This document shows, piece after piece, positions 47,108-56,457 of a stretch of DNA of 64,000 nt (position 1 is the first letter of the stretch; each line of letters starts with the position of its first letter). The position numbers and the translations under genes are program-made. The notes beneath the pieces were generated by a model. That model searched no databases and had not been told where the DNA came from. It saw nothing but the letters and a program-made list of their open reading frames with translations. This DNA comes from a virus. Its lineage: Duplodnaviria > Caudoviricetes. The stretch spans positions 61,781 to 125,780 of the IMG/VR virus record IMGVR_UViG_3300026522_000023, one strand, 5' to 3'.

Positions 47108-47755
47108 ATGTTTGAATATTTCTCTAAGGAAATCGACCAGATCGAAAGCGAAGATTTGCGAATGTTCGTTAAGTTCTATCTTGACGAAAAAGTTCCGTCC
47201 TATTTCTGGAAAATCGGCGCTTCAAGTTCTGGAAAATTTCATCCTGTTTTTTCTCAGGGTGAAGGCGGTTTAGTTCGTCATACTAAAGCCGTTTGTGCGT
47301 TCTGTGAAGAACTTTTGAGAATGTCTCAATGGGCTTACATAAAAGACGAATACAAAGACCTTGCGCGTGTCGCTTGTATTTGCCACGATACCGCAAAATA
47401 CGGTTTAGCAGATTTTGACAAGGGAGAATATCTCAACCATGCCGCAAATGCCGCAAAATTGGTAGATTCTGCTTGGCGCGAATACTTTGACGAACCTGCT
47501 CCGTTTTTGCTCACGCAAGCCATTAAGTCCCACATGGGGCAATGGAGCACTGACCGCGAGGACAGACCTTTTACAAATATTGACAGGCTTGTCCATCTTG
47601 CGGATTACATTGCTTCCAGAAATTTCATCGACATTCCTGAAATTACCAGCGACTACAACTCCACATTTTCCAACGAAGATGACGCCGAACCGGAAGATAT
47701 TGACAGCGATGAAGGCTTCGACCCTTACGCTGGCTGTTTCACCTATGACTGTTAA
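47108..47755 (+). CDS. HD-domain phosphohydrolase
   Basis: HP...GGLVRHTKAV...CHDTAK...SHMGQW...HLADY. Confidence 0.8.
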   Translation: MFEYFSKEIDQIESEDLRMFVKFYLDEKVPSYFWKIGASSSGKFHPVFSQGEGGLVRHTKAVCAFCEELLRMSQWAYIKDEYKDLARVACICHDTAKYGLADFDKGEYLNHAANAAKLVDSAWREYFDEPAPFLLTQAIKSHMGQWSTDREDRPFTNIDRLVHLADYIASRNFIDIPEITSDYNSTFSNEDDAEPEDIDSDEGFDPYAGCFTYDC

Positions 47756-48158
47756 AAAAGAGGGCATTAGCCCTCTTTTTTTTGTTCATTTTGCCTATTG
47801 ACAAATGCGGCCTAGGGTGGTATAATATTTATAGGGGATAGTTCAACGGGGCGCTGACACAGTCAAGCCCCGAATTCCCGATCTTTTATCCCATATGGAA
47901 AATTTTTGCTCAATCCAGCGGCCTCCATATGCGACCTGGTTCTCCCGAAAGTGATGCCCCCGCAGGGCGCCGATCGGTACTATATCATATGCCCGGCATT
48001 TGACAATATTAAAAAAATTTGTTATAATATTAAAAAAAAGCATTTTTAAAGCGCGGCTCATTTAGACAATCCGCCCATTTGACATTTATAAAAAAAAATG
48101 ATATAATATATTTAGAAAGTGAGAGATCACTTTACTATTAGATAAAGAGGTAACATAT

Positions 48159-48536
48159 ATGTTTACTAAGGAAGATATTATTGCTCGTCTTGCTAAGGGT
48201 GAGGACGCTCAGTCGATCGCAGATAAAATGGCTAAGACTCTGAATGAGGCAGTCCAGGAGACCAAGGATCAGGACAATAAGACTAATCTGCGCACGGCTA
48301 TTAATGAGAAGTCAACTGAGCTTATGAATCTGCTGCTGGAGTATTTTGATGTCGATGAAACTTGTACTACCGATGAAATGGCCAGCCTGACTGATCAGCT
48401 CCTTGATACTATTGAGGCCGTTATGCCTCTGATTGAGGTCATTGAGAAGTATGATGATAAGAGTGCTTCTACGCGCACGACTGCTAAGACTTCGGATAAG
48501 GTAATTTCGGACTTTTTGAAGGTATTCGTAGATTAA
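48159..48536 (+). CDS. Hypothetical helical protein
   Basis: Promoter at 48079 and GAGG RBS. Confidence 0.65.
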   Translation: MFTKEDIIARLAKGEDAQSIADKMAKTLNEAVQETKDQDNKTNLRTAINEKSTELMNLLLEYFDVDETCTTDEMASLTDQLLDTIEAVMPLIEVIEKYDDKSASTRTTAKTSDKVISDFLKVFVD

Positions 48537-48966
48537 AACGGACACTTCTTCGGGTGGGACAATTTTCATCCTAAGAATTGGAAATCTGAATAGAAATCGA
48601 GATATTAAAGAGTGAAACGTTGAGTTTCACTCTTTTTTTTATTTTTATTACGGTGACGATGAGGATGGATTGTTGAGATAATTGTATAGGACCGATCGGC
48701 ACGACACTTCCATGATTTCCTACAGTTTCTTACAATTCTCTACAATTGCTTATAATTTCTTACAATTCATTATAATTTTTATTTCCTCTTTATAATCTTT
48801 TTTACCTCTATCTCTCTCCTACTAATCCAATAGCAATCAAATAAACTATCTTAAATTTATGATCCAATAGAGAAGGAATTGCCAAATGCCCTCGCCGCAA
48901 CTAACCCTTATAAAAAATTTCTTAACAAAATCTTGACAAAAGAAAAAATTTATTATATAATATAAT

Positions 48967-49077
48967 TACAAAGTGAGGAACAACCTCCATCCTTTCAGTT
49001 TTATTCTTTCTACTACCTTGCTTTGTATTACAATTAAATAAAAAAAATAACCGCTATTTCAGCGGTTATTTTTTTTA
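48967..49077 (+). ncRNA. Candidate small RNA, about 110 nt
   Basis: TTGACA-17-TATAAT at 48933-48961, no ORF, 12-bp stem 48967-78/49016-27, terminator at 49040-49076. Confidence 0.5.
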
Positions 49078-49440
49078 TGCTAACAAATCATCAATACTCA
49101 AAGCACTATATTCTTTAATCATAGCTTCTGCGAGAGTATGCTTATCCTCCAACATACACTCATGCTTATCATAAAGAACATCATCCATAGACTGCGGCAC
49201 TACTGCACCTTTCTTTTTAGGAGTATATCTATATTGACTTACCGACTTAATACCACCATCGCGCTGAATAGTACCAACAACAAAGCCTTTATAAACAAGC
49301 TTCATGCCATCATCATACATAATAAAGACCATATCATTACAATCTTTATAACTATAAGTAGAAAGAGCATATACAGGCAATCCTTTATAAGTGCCTACTC
49401 TTTCATCATTATCCTTTAAAGTTTCATAGCAAAATTCCAT
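49075..49440 (-). CDS. Hypothetical protein
   Basis: 121-aa ORF; minus-strand TTGATT-17-TATAAT at 49566-49538. Confidence 0.6.
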   Translation of the reverse strand: MEFCYETLKDNDERVGTYKGLPVYALSTYSYKDCNDMVFIMYDDGMKLVYKGFVVGTIQRDGGIKSVSQYRYTPKKKGAVVPQSMDDVLYDKHECMLEDKHTLAEAMIKEYSALSIDDLLA

Positions 49441-49574
49441 TTCAATTTTCTCTAAGGGTCCCTTTAAATTTTCAACTCGGGCATTAAAATGCCCTCGTTA
49501 TATAGGATGTTCCTTACTCCTTTCTTATTATATTTATATTATAACATAATTATAAATATAAATCAAATACACTC

Positions 49575-49844
49575 TTATAACTCATCACCATATACTTCAT
49601 GATAATAATTATACATACTATACTTAGCTATATTATATCCATCTAACCAAGCATTAGGATTACCATCTGTATATATATTATATGTTTTCTAACTTTCTTT
49701 ACATAATGCGGTTGGATTTATATATCCAATTATTCTCTATCTATATGCTTTAATGCCTTCATCATCATATGGATAAATACCTAAATCTAATCCTATACTC
49801 ATTATTGTTGAATCACTTAATTTATTTCCATCTAATTGTATCAT
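49575..49844 (-). CDS. Hypothetical protein, 89 aa (two TAGs)
   Basis: GAGGGAG RBS; MIQLDGNKLSDSTIMSIG...; open to TAA only with TAG read-through. Confidence 0.55.
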
Positions 49845-49920
49845 TTTTAAACTCCCTCGAAAAAAATACGTATAGGATTTAAATGGCCCGAAGGGACATT
49901 TAAAGCCTATACAATACCCC

Positions 49921-50168
49921 TCTTATCTATTATTATTATTTATTATATATATTAATAGGAACTTTTTGTTCCGTTTGCTTAGGAATTTTGGAACAAATTG
50001 TTCCAAACTGCGGAACAAAAAGTTCCAAAGTAAATCGTAAAATACCCTATATACTATATTAATTTTGGAACAAAAAGTTCCAAACTATATCAAAATGTAA
50101 AACTAGTATTTTTTGGAATAATTTGTTCCATTTTCATCTATTCTTCTATTTTTGGAATTTTTTGTTCC
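49921..50168. repeat. Six GGAAY-N5-GTTCC palindromic boxes next to an AT-rich tract; candidate replication origin
   Basis: Boxes at 49958, 49990, 50012, 50067, 50115 and 50154; near-pure A/T tract at about 49928-49957. Confidence 0.7.
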
Positions 50169-50473
50169 GAAAAATAATATTTTTCTTCTTCCTCATTAAT
50201 AATCTAAATATAATTATTTTCAATTAAATCCGCGATACCATCATCTATAATTTTTCTTACACTTCGCCCTTTACTAGCATAATCTGTTCCAACCCAATCC
50301 GCATATACAGATGGGTTGACTGTCCAATTACTATTATCAGGATGGCTTGCTAAATATAAATATAACTTTAAACCACAATATTTTAAATCACCGATTGCCT
50401 AACCTAATACTTTTGTATTAATACCGGTAAATTTATTATCTAATGATGCTTTATGAATTTCAAAACTTTTCAT
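50090..50473 (-). CDS. Putative winged-helix DNA-binding/replication protein, 127 aa (TAG=Gln)
   Basis: FKVILYLASH...VYADWVG...SVRKIIDDGIADLIENNYI pattern; its 3' end overlaps two of the repeat boxes. Confidence 0.5.
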
Positions 50474-50648
50474 TTTTACTCTCCATAATTTCATCAAGAG
50501 CTGTTTCAAACTCTTTTGTCTTATCATAAATCCAACACATAAAGTTAGGCTTCTATGGGTTAGACGTTGTTGCTATAGGTTCAAAACCTTTTTCTTTTAA
50601 AGCAATATAAATTCGTAACGAATAAATAATTTTATTGGCATTTGGCAT
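50460..50648 (-). CDS. Small DUF5659-like protein, 62 aa (one TAG)
   Basis: IIYSLRIYIALKEKGFEPI...NP*KPNFMCWIYDKTKEFETAL. Confidence 0.55.
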
Positions 50649-50666
50649 ATTGGCAATCTACTCCTC

Positions 50667-51212
50667 TTAATCTAAATATTTATAAGGAGCAAATCTCTAA
50701 ACTTCCTACATTCTATAATTTAATGGAGTATCTGACTAATCATATGGATATATATATACTTCAATACAATCTTTCTATTCTTTTAAATATCCAGAAAAAG
50801 TCAATTCATCTAAATTCCATATTATACTTTGTAAGTCTTTACAATATGCTATTTTTAAAATAAGTAGCTCATTAAAATGAATATGTTCTCCATCCTTTTT
50901 ATTTACTAAATAAGCATATAATTCAGGATTAAATCTGCCGAAATATGTTGCTTCACATAATAAAGGAACAGGAATACCATTTATAACTCTTGTAACAGGC
51001 AAACCATCAGGTAACTTTGTAATTAATTTAATAGGTTTAGTAAAATCCATTATAATACCTTTTTCACATAAATCAAAATTATCAACACCCTATTTAATTA
51101 CATTATAACCTACAGATGATGCTACTTCAATCATATCTTTAATAGTTCTCATATCAGTCTTTTTACACTAATATTTATCATGTAAAAAGTCTGTTATCTC
51201 TTTTTTAGTCAT
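50667..51212 (-). CDS. Hypothetical protein, 181 aa (TAG=Gln)
   Basis: GAGGTG RBS; contains track ORF 50775-51050 in frame; TAA at 50667. Confidence 0.6.
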
Positions 51213-51672
51213 TCTTATTCACCTCACATTATATTTAAAAATTATTTCTAATATTTTATCTACTCATGCCCAAGTATTATATACAAATTTTTCAATTTTT
51301 AATATACTATATCTTAATTAAATTAGGTAAAATTAACAATTTTTACCTAACTAAATAAAAATAAGAAACTATGAAAAATTACCTAATTTAATTAAAATAT
51401 AACTAATTAAAAATTTACCAATTTGATTTTTAATAAAAAATAATATATAATATTTATAGAAAATAAAAAAAGAAAGGTATTGATAAAATGAGTATTGAAT
51501 ATTCCGCAGTTATTACACGCGGTTACCGCCTCAATGCCGCAGAAATTGGTCCTTCACATTATACTGATGAAGATTACCTTATCAAAAACCTTTTATCACG
51601 TTACTTCCCCAATAAAAAAGACGCTGAAATTCACACCTACCTAGGTGTAAAAATCTCATAAGGAGGAGCCGC

Positions 51673-52131
51673 ATGATTACAACTTGTCATCAATGCGCAT
51701 ATTCAAAAGATAAAACTGGCGCATATTCATTGTGCGTGCTCTTGGGCAAAAATGTTCAATTAGATTCTCCCAGTTGTGGCGAATTTTATCGTATTAAATA
51801 TAATTGTACTTCATGCGGTAAACAGATTTATCATAAAGAAGTTTTATTCTACAATGATAAGCCTTTTTGTAAAGAATGCGCAGCCAAGTTTGGTAGTTGC
51901 GCGCACTGTAAATTTTCTGGCAATTGCGCCTTTGAAGAAGATCCAAATCCAATTCCAAAACTTATCCAACAGCAAGTGCGTATGCCACAAGGCATTGCCG
52001 TGAAAACAGTAATGAATCCGAAACGAATCGAGATTACTTGCCAAAAAGGATGTTCTTGTTTCGACAAGGAAAATAAAGAATGTAATAGAAATTATAAAGT
52101 ATGTAGCGATTATAGCGAGAAGGAGTATTAA
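51673..52131 (+). CDS. Cys-rich Zn-binding hypothetical protein
   Basis: Multiple CxxC pairs; AGGAGG RBS. Confidence 0.65.
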   Translation: MITTCHQCAYSKDKTGAYSLCVLLGKNVQLDSPSCGEFYRIKYNCTSCGKQIYHKEVLFYNDKPFCKECAAKFGSCAHCKFSGNCAFEEDPNPIPKLIQQQVRMPQGIAVKTVMNPKRIEITCQKGCSCFDKENKECNRNYKVCSDYSEKEY

Positions 52132-52132
52132 A

Positions 52133-52642
52133 ATGTGGCTTTGGTTTGTTATTACTGGCATAATTATTATTCTCCTAGTAGGTTATACAATTTATTGGGA
52201 AGAAGGCATTGGCTTTGTTATTTTAAATGCTATTGGTGGAATAGTGCTCGGCGCTATTGTTTGCGGGATTCTCGCATTCTTTATCGGCGGTATTATTAGT
52301 AATAATTCAGATATTATGATAGATACTATCGAATCTAATAATGAAATCATCGCATTAGCAGATAATAGTCAAACTTATTTGTATCGTTCTGCCGATAAAA
52401 ATAATAATATTAGATACAATTATATGATTAAAACAGAGCGTGGTTATCTCACTCAGAGTGTCTTAGCAAATCGCGCTTATATTATCGAAACTGATGATAA
52501 AGCACCAAGTGTAGAAACACATCAAATAACTTACAAATCTGAATTCCTGCGTAAGCATCTTTTTAATAACAACGCTCCATATTATTATATTTATGTTCCA
52601 AAAGGCACAATTATAGGAGGATTTACAATTGACTTACAATAA
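52133..52642 (+). CDS. Membrane protein
   Basis: Two N-terminal TM segments; AAGGAG RBS. Confidence 0.65.
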   Translation: MWLWFVITGIIIILLVGYTIYWEEGIGFVILNAIGGIVLGAIVCGILAFFIGGIISNNSDIMIDTIESNNEIIALADNSQTYLYRSADKNNNIRYNYMIKTERGYLTQSVLANRAYIIETDDKAPSVETHQITYKSEFLRKHLFNNNAPYYYIYVPKGTIIGGFTIDLQ

Positions 52643-52752
52643 GACAGAATGGTGAACAGAGCCTTTTGATCCTAATAAAGATTATGATTGTTAATCTTTT
52701 ATAATATTATTATACATAAAAAAATCTATAAAATCAATATAAGGAGAATTAT

Positions 52753-53160
52753 ATGTTACTGTTTATTTGTGCAATTGTTCTTTGTATTATTTCATATTTT
52801 ATTATGAAAGCTACTGAAGATGGGTATAAAGGATCAGTTTTTGTTTTAAATGTCATTTTTACCCTTCTGTTCGTTCTTATGGTTATTTGTGTTATTGTTT
52901 GTCTAGTAGTAATTATTGGAAATCAGATTACTGGTATTGCTACTGCTCAAGCCCTTGAAGTTCAACGTAATTCACTTGTCTATCAGTATAATAACCAGCT
53001 TTATCTTAATGATATTAATTATGGCGCAAATGAATTATTTAATCAGATTACAGAATTTAATGAACGTGTACGTGGTAAGCAAGCAATGGCAGAGAACCTT
53101 TGGACAAATTGGTTCGTTCCATCTTGTTGGAAAAATGTTGAATTGATTCCTTTTAATTAA
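52753..53160 (+). CDS. Membrane protein
   Basis: Two N-terminal TM segments; AAGGAG RBS. Confidence 0.65.
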   Translation: MLLFICAIVLCIISYFIMKATEDGYKGSVFVLNVIFTLLFVLMVICVIVCLVVIIGNQITGIATAQALEVQRNSLVYQYNNQLYLNDINYGANELFNQITEFNERVRGKQAMAENLWTNWFVPSCWKNVELIPFN

Positions 53161-53305
53161 CTATTAAAGGTCTTTTGGTATAACCAAAAGACCTTTATTG
53201 ATTTTTTATAAAAAATATATTATAATATTTATATAAAATATGGAAAATAAATTAATTCATTTTCGTTAGGGTATTTCTAAACCTATTACTTAAAGGAGAA
53301 TAATT

Positions 53306-53572
53306 ATGTTAATTTATACTCTTGTGCCAATTGTTGGATACTATGATTTTGAAGATGCCATCAGAGATGAACTTGGTATTGATATTGATGTAAAAGAGAC
53401 ATTTTTCAGTGATAATACTGAATCTTTTGAGATGCTATATTTTGATGACTGTATCGAATACACCGGAGAAGAATACGACAATGATTTGACTCCAGAAGAT
53501 GGTCAAAAGATTTATAATTATCTGAAAAAGGTTTTTCCTCATTATGAAAGCATCCTTATTGATCTGGGTTAA
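53306..53572 (+). CDS. Acidic hypothetical protein
   Basis: AAGGAG RBS after the promoter at 53198. Confidence 0.65.
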   Translation: MLIYTLVPIVGYYDFEDAIRDELGIDIDVKETFFSDNTESFEMLYFDDCIEYTGEEYDNDLTPEDGQKIYNYLKKVFPHYESILIDLG

Positions 53573-53583
53573 GGAGAATTAAG

Positions 53584-53820
53584 ATGTTTTATAGATATAA
53601 AGTTAAGTTTTATGATGAAGTAAACCATAAAGATGATTCCTAATGCGGAATCGTTCATAGCGAAGAGGATAGCGGCACGGGTTATCAAGATGCTATTATG
53701 AAAGTGTGGCGTCATTACGATAATATTAATGAGATCACTCTTGCGGAGCTGTCTGATAATTCGTGTCTTATTGTTGATAGTGACGCCTTGCGAGAAATTG
53801 AAGATAATGTGAATTGGTGA
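53584..53820 (+). pseudogene. ORF with one in-frame TAA; resembles 58704-58934
   Basis: AAGGAG RBS; MFYRYKVKFYDEVNHKDDS*CGIVHSEE...YQDAIMKV...SCLIVDSDALREIEDNVNW; TAA at 53641. Confidence 0.55.
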
Positions 53821-54071
53821 AAGGGGGGGGCGCTTGGGCAAAAATGTTTAATCGTATTAAGAATTGGCTGAAAAATCCGTCTATCTGTATATATGAAGTC
53901 GGTGTTCGCTTTAAGGACGAAAATCTTAATTTGTCTGAATATTTTTTGACCCATAAAAGTGCGGAAAAGTATGTAGAAAAGTGGAACAATGAGAACAAAG
54001 ATAAGGAGTTTAGTCTTTTCCTTGGAGGAGTTCAACTTTATCTTTGGTAAATAATTAAAAGGAGGTATAAT

Positions 54072-54803
54072 ATGGTTCCCGGTCTTTATAATTGTTTTGA
54101 TAATTGGGGCAAAAAGGGCGCTGTATGGCTGATGGGCGATACGCATTTTGGTGATCGCGATATTAAATCTGGCTTTACAAAGCGTCCAACAGATGAGGAA
54201 TTAATTACAAACATTAATAACAAAGTGGGCAAGCATGATACTTTTATTCTACTTGGCGATGTAGGCGATATTTCTTGCGTGCGCAAGCTCAAAGGATATA
54301 AGATTCTTATTCTTGGAAACCATGATACCGGTCGATCCAACTATGAGCGCAAGATTGTAACTGAAAAATTCGATAAGGGAAAGTATCAGAAGGATGAAGC
54401 ACTCCTTGAAATGAAACGGCTTTATCCTCATTGTAAGTATGAAGTTGATGAAGATTATGGCTTTCAGTCACCTTTTGAGTATTGGAGTGTAAGCGCAGAT
54501 AACTGTCTTTTTGATGAAGTATATGAAGGCGTTCTTACTATTGGACCGAAGCTTATTCTATCTCATGAACCGCTTGAAGGTATAGAATGGGCATTAAATT
54601 TACATGGTCATAATCACTCTGGTCCTATCTATAAAGATAAATTTCATTATAATGTTTGTGCTGATGTAATTGGTTATACCCCTATCCATCTCACTCAGCT
54701 TATTAAAAGTGGTCCTCTTGCGCAGATTCCTTCTGTACATCGTATTACTATTGATAAGGCAACCAAAAGAGCAAAAGCACGAAAGAAGGGTAAGAAGAAG
54801 TAA
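54072..54803 (+). CDS. Calcineurin-like metallophosphoesterase
   Basis: GDTHFG, LLGDVG, LGNHD, SHEP and HGHNH motifs. Confidence 0.85.
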   Translation: MVPGLYNCFDNWGKKGAVWLMGDTHFGDRDIKSGFTKRPTDEELITNINNKVGKHDTFILLGDVGDISCVRKLKGYKILILGNHDTGRSNYERKIVTEKFDKGKYQKDEALLEMKRLYPHCKYEVDEDYGFQSPFEYWSVSADNCLFDEVYEGVLTIGPKLILSHEPLEGIEWALNLHGHNHSGPIYKDKFHYNVCADVIGYTPIHLTQLIKSGPLAQIPSVHRITIDKATKRAKARKKGKKK

Positions 54804-55081
54804 TGAATATTTCTGAGTATCTTAATATATGTAGCGATTTACGACATTAGATTGCGGATTATGATAATAAAATTCTTGAACTCTTAGAGACAAGAATTGA
54901 TTTATCTAAAAATTTAATTAAAATTAAATTATCTTAAAACCAAAATGCTTATGATCCAATAGTAGAAGATAAAAAGATAGAAACATTGTGTGCGCAAACC
55001 GCGCACCCTGACTTGGTTAAAATTATTTGGCCCCTCATTATGTTATATTGCCGCGCTTCAGAAGGTCTTAATGAAAATTAA
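54803..55081 (+). pseudogene. Chorismate mutase type II (AroQ)-like ORF with one TAG and one in-frame TAA
   Basis: DLRH*IADYDNKILELLETRIDLSKNLIKIK...AYDPIVE; TAATG-coupled start; TAG at 54848, TAA at 54935. Confidence 0.5.
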
Positions 55082-55144
55082 GACCTTCTTTGATTTTTTA
55101 TAAAAAATATAATATAATATATATAGAAAGTGAGGGGATGATAA

Positions 55145-55408
55145 ATGTTAGTAAAAGTACAACTTGGTGAAAAAGAATATATTTATTTAAATCTGGCACA
55201 AACTATTATAGTACATTTTTCAAAGGAAGATTTTACGATTTATATTAGTTCAGCATACTCTACTGCTACATATCATTTTGAAAATGAGATTTTTTATTCA
55301 GATGCGCAAGACCTTATTGATGAATATACCCTTCATCCTTTGGAAGAAAACGATACTGAGAAGTATAGATTCGATGTAAATACTGAGATTTGGTACGGGG
55401 AGGATTAA
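55145..55408 (+). CDS. Hypothetical protein
   Basis: Promoter at 55090 and GAGGGG RBS. Confidence 0.6.
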   Translation: MLVKVQLGEKEYIYLNLAQTIIVHFSKEDFTIYISSAYSTATYHFENEIFYSDAQDLIDEYTLHPLEENDTEKYRFDVNTEIWYGED

Positions 55409-55409
55409 T

Positions 55410-55688
55410 ATGACAGTTGGTATTCTTGAAATTGATGATAATTATGGCGATATGTGTAATCGGCAGGTGTTTACCAATGTTTCATGGGAAGATTTGATGG
55501 AACTTGCTTGCGATTATATCAATGAAGAAATTGAAGAATCTATTATGTATTCTCAGCAATTGGAATATGAAGGCGATATCTTTCCCTACGACTGGTGGTA
55601 TGGCATGACTAAGAATGAAATGTTTGTTTATCTTAGTGCGCGATGCCTGCTTGATGTTTATGAAGCCATTGAATTTAATCAGGATTAA
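55410..55688 (+). CDS. Acidic hypothetical protein
   Basis: GGAGG RBS; operonic. Confidence 0.6.
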   Translation: MTVGILEIDDNYGDMCNRQVFTNVSWEDLMELACDYINEEIEESIMYSQQLEYEGDIFPYDWWYGMTKNEMFVYLSARCLLDVYEAIEFNQD

Positions 55689-55700
55689 GGAGAAAATAAA

Positions 55701-56372
55701 ATGAAAAAGATTATGGCAGTAATTTTTACGATTGTTCTTCTTCTCAACCTTTGTGCTTGTGCTGATGTTAGCACTATTACCATGGATGCTTTAAGTTCAG
55801 AGACTAGTGATGCGGTAAAGATTTCTTATGTCGCTGATTTTTATGATAATTACGGCGATCAGTGGTTGAGTGTTGAAGGTAATAGTTTTAATATTTCTCC
55901 TAATAAGATTAAGGAATACGCTTATGATAGTGACGGAAGATGGATTTCTAATTGGACTACTTCTTCTGTAATGTCTATTGATATTAATGGTAATAAGATT
56001 GAGTCGTGCGGTTCAACTGTTCTGTTCTATGATACTCGACTTGAAAAAATTGATATTGATATTCCGCAGAATGTTGATTTAACTACTGAGAATGGTTATA
56101 GCGTTACTGCTCCGAGTGATCTGCGTGCTAGTGATTATTGGAGTTTGAATTGGTGGTTTATTACTAAAAATCAAAGTAATACTACTGTGCGTTCTCGTAT
56201 GGTTATTATCCAGTCGCAGAATGGCAATCCGATTTGTATGTTCAATGGTGATAATGTTTCTTGGGAAGTATCTCGTAATTTGCCGAAGACCACTGAAATT
56301 ATGATTGATGGTATGCCGGTTTATGTCCATCGCGCAAATTTCGCCATTGTTGATTTGAGCGTTTTTAATTAA
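55701..56372 (+). CDS. Putative lipoprotein (DUF5052-like)
   Basis: Signal peptide with LCAC lipobox; VIIQSQNGNPICMFNG...LPKTTEIMIDG...HRANF. Confidence 0.6.
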   Translation: MKKIMAVIFTIVLLLNLCACADVSTITMDALSSETSDAVKISYVADFYDNYGDQWLSVEGNSFNISPNKIKEYAYDSDGRWISNWTTSSVMSIDINGNKIESCGSTVLFYDTRLEKIDIDIPQNVDLTTENGYSVTAPSDLRASDYWSLNWWFITKNQSNTTVRSRMVIIQSQNGNPICMFNGDNVSWEVSRNLPKTTEIMIDGMPVYVHRANFAIVDLSVFN

Positions 56373-56457
56373 TATATATAAAAATCAAAGCTATTCAAAA
56401 GAATAGCTTTGATTTTTTATAAAAAATATATTATAATATTATTATAAAAGATAAGAA

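Larger units (their letters stand above)
36090..48110 (+). other. Early/host-takeover-like island of promoter-RBS-small-gene cassettes
   Basis: About 30 T(T/A)GAC(A/T)-17-TA(T/C)A(A/C)T promoters, a repeated AAGAAAGGAATTGAT RBS leader, higher GC by eye, all genes on the plus strand. Confidence 0.8.

Noticed and set aside
47840-47900. tRNA-like start (ggggatagttcaacgg), possible suppressor tRNA
   Set aside because: No T-loop GTTCRA, no 7-nt anticodon loop with CTA and no cloverleaf could be built.
36200-48100. Many minus-strand and alternate-frame ORFs in the supplied track
   Set aside because: They overlap plus-strand genes that have their own promoters and RBSs, lack RBSs themselves, and are expected shadows in GC-richer DNA.
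49958-50168. Firmicutes LexA/DinR SOS boxes
   Set aside because: The SOS box is GAAC-N4-GTTC; these all have a 5-bp spacer and cluster like iterons.
53584-55081. General reassignment of TAA or TGA
   Set aside because: TAA and TGA end nearly all genes, often coupled to the next start; only two internal TAAs were seen.
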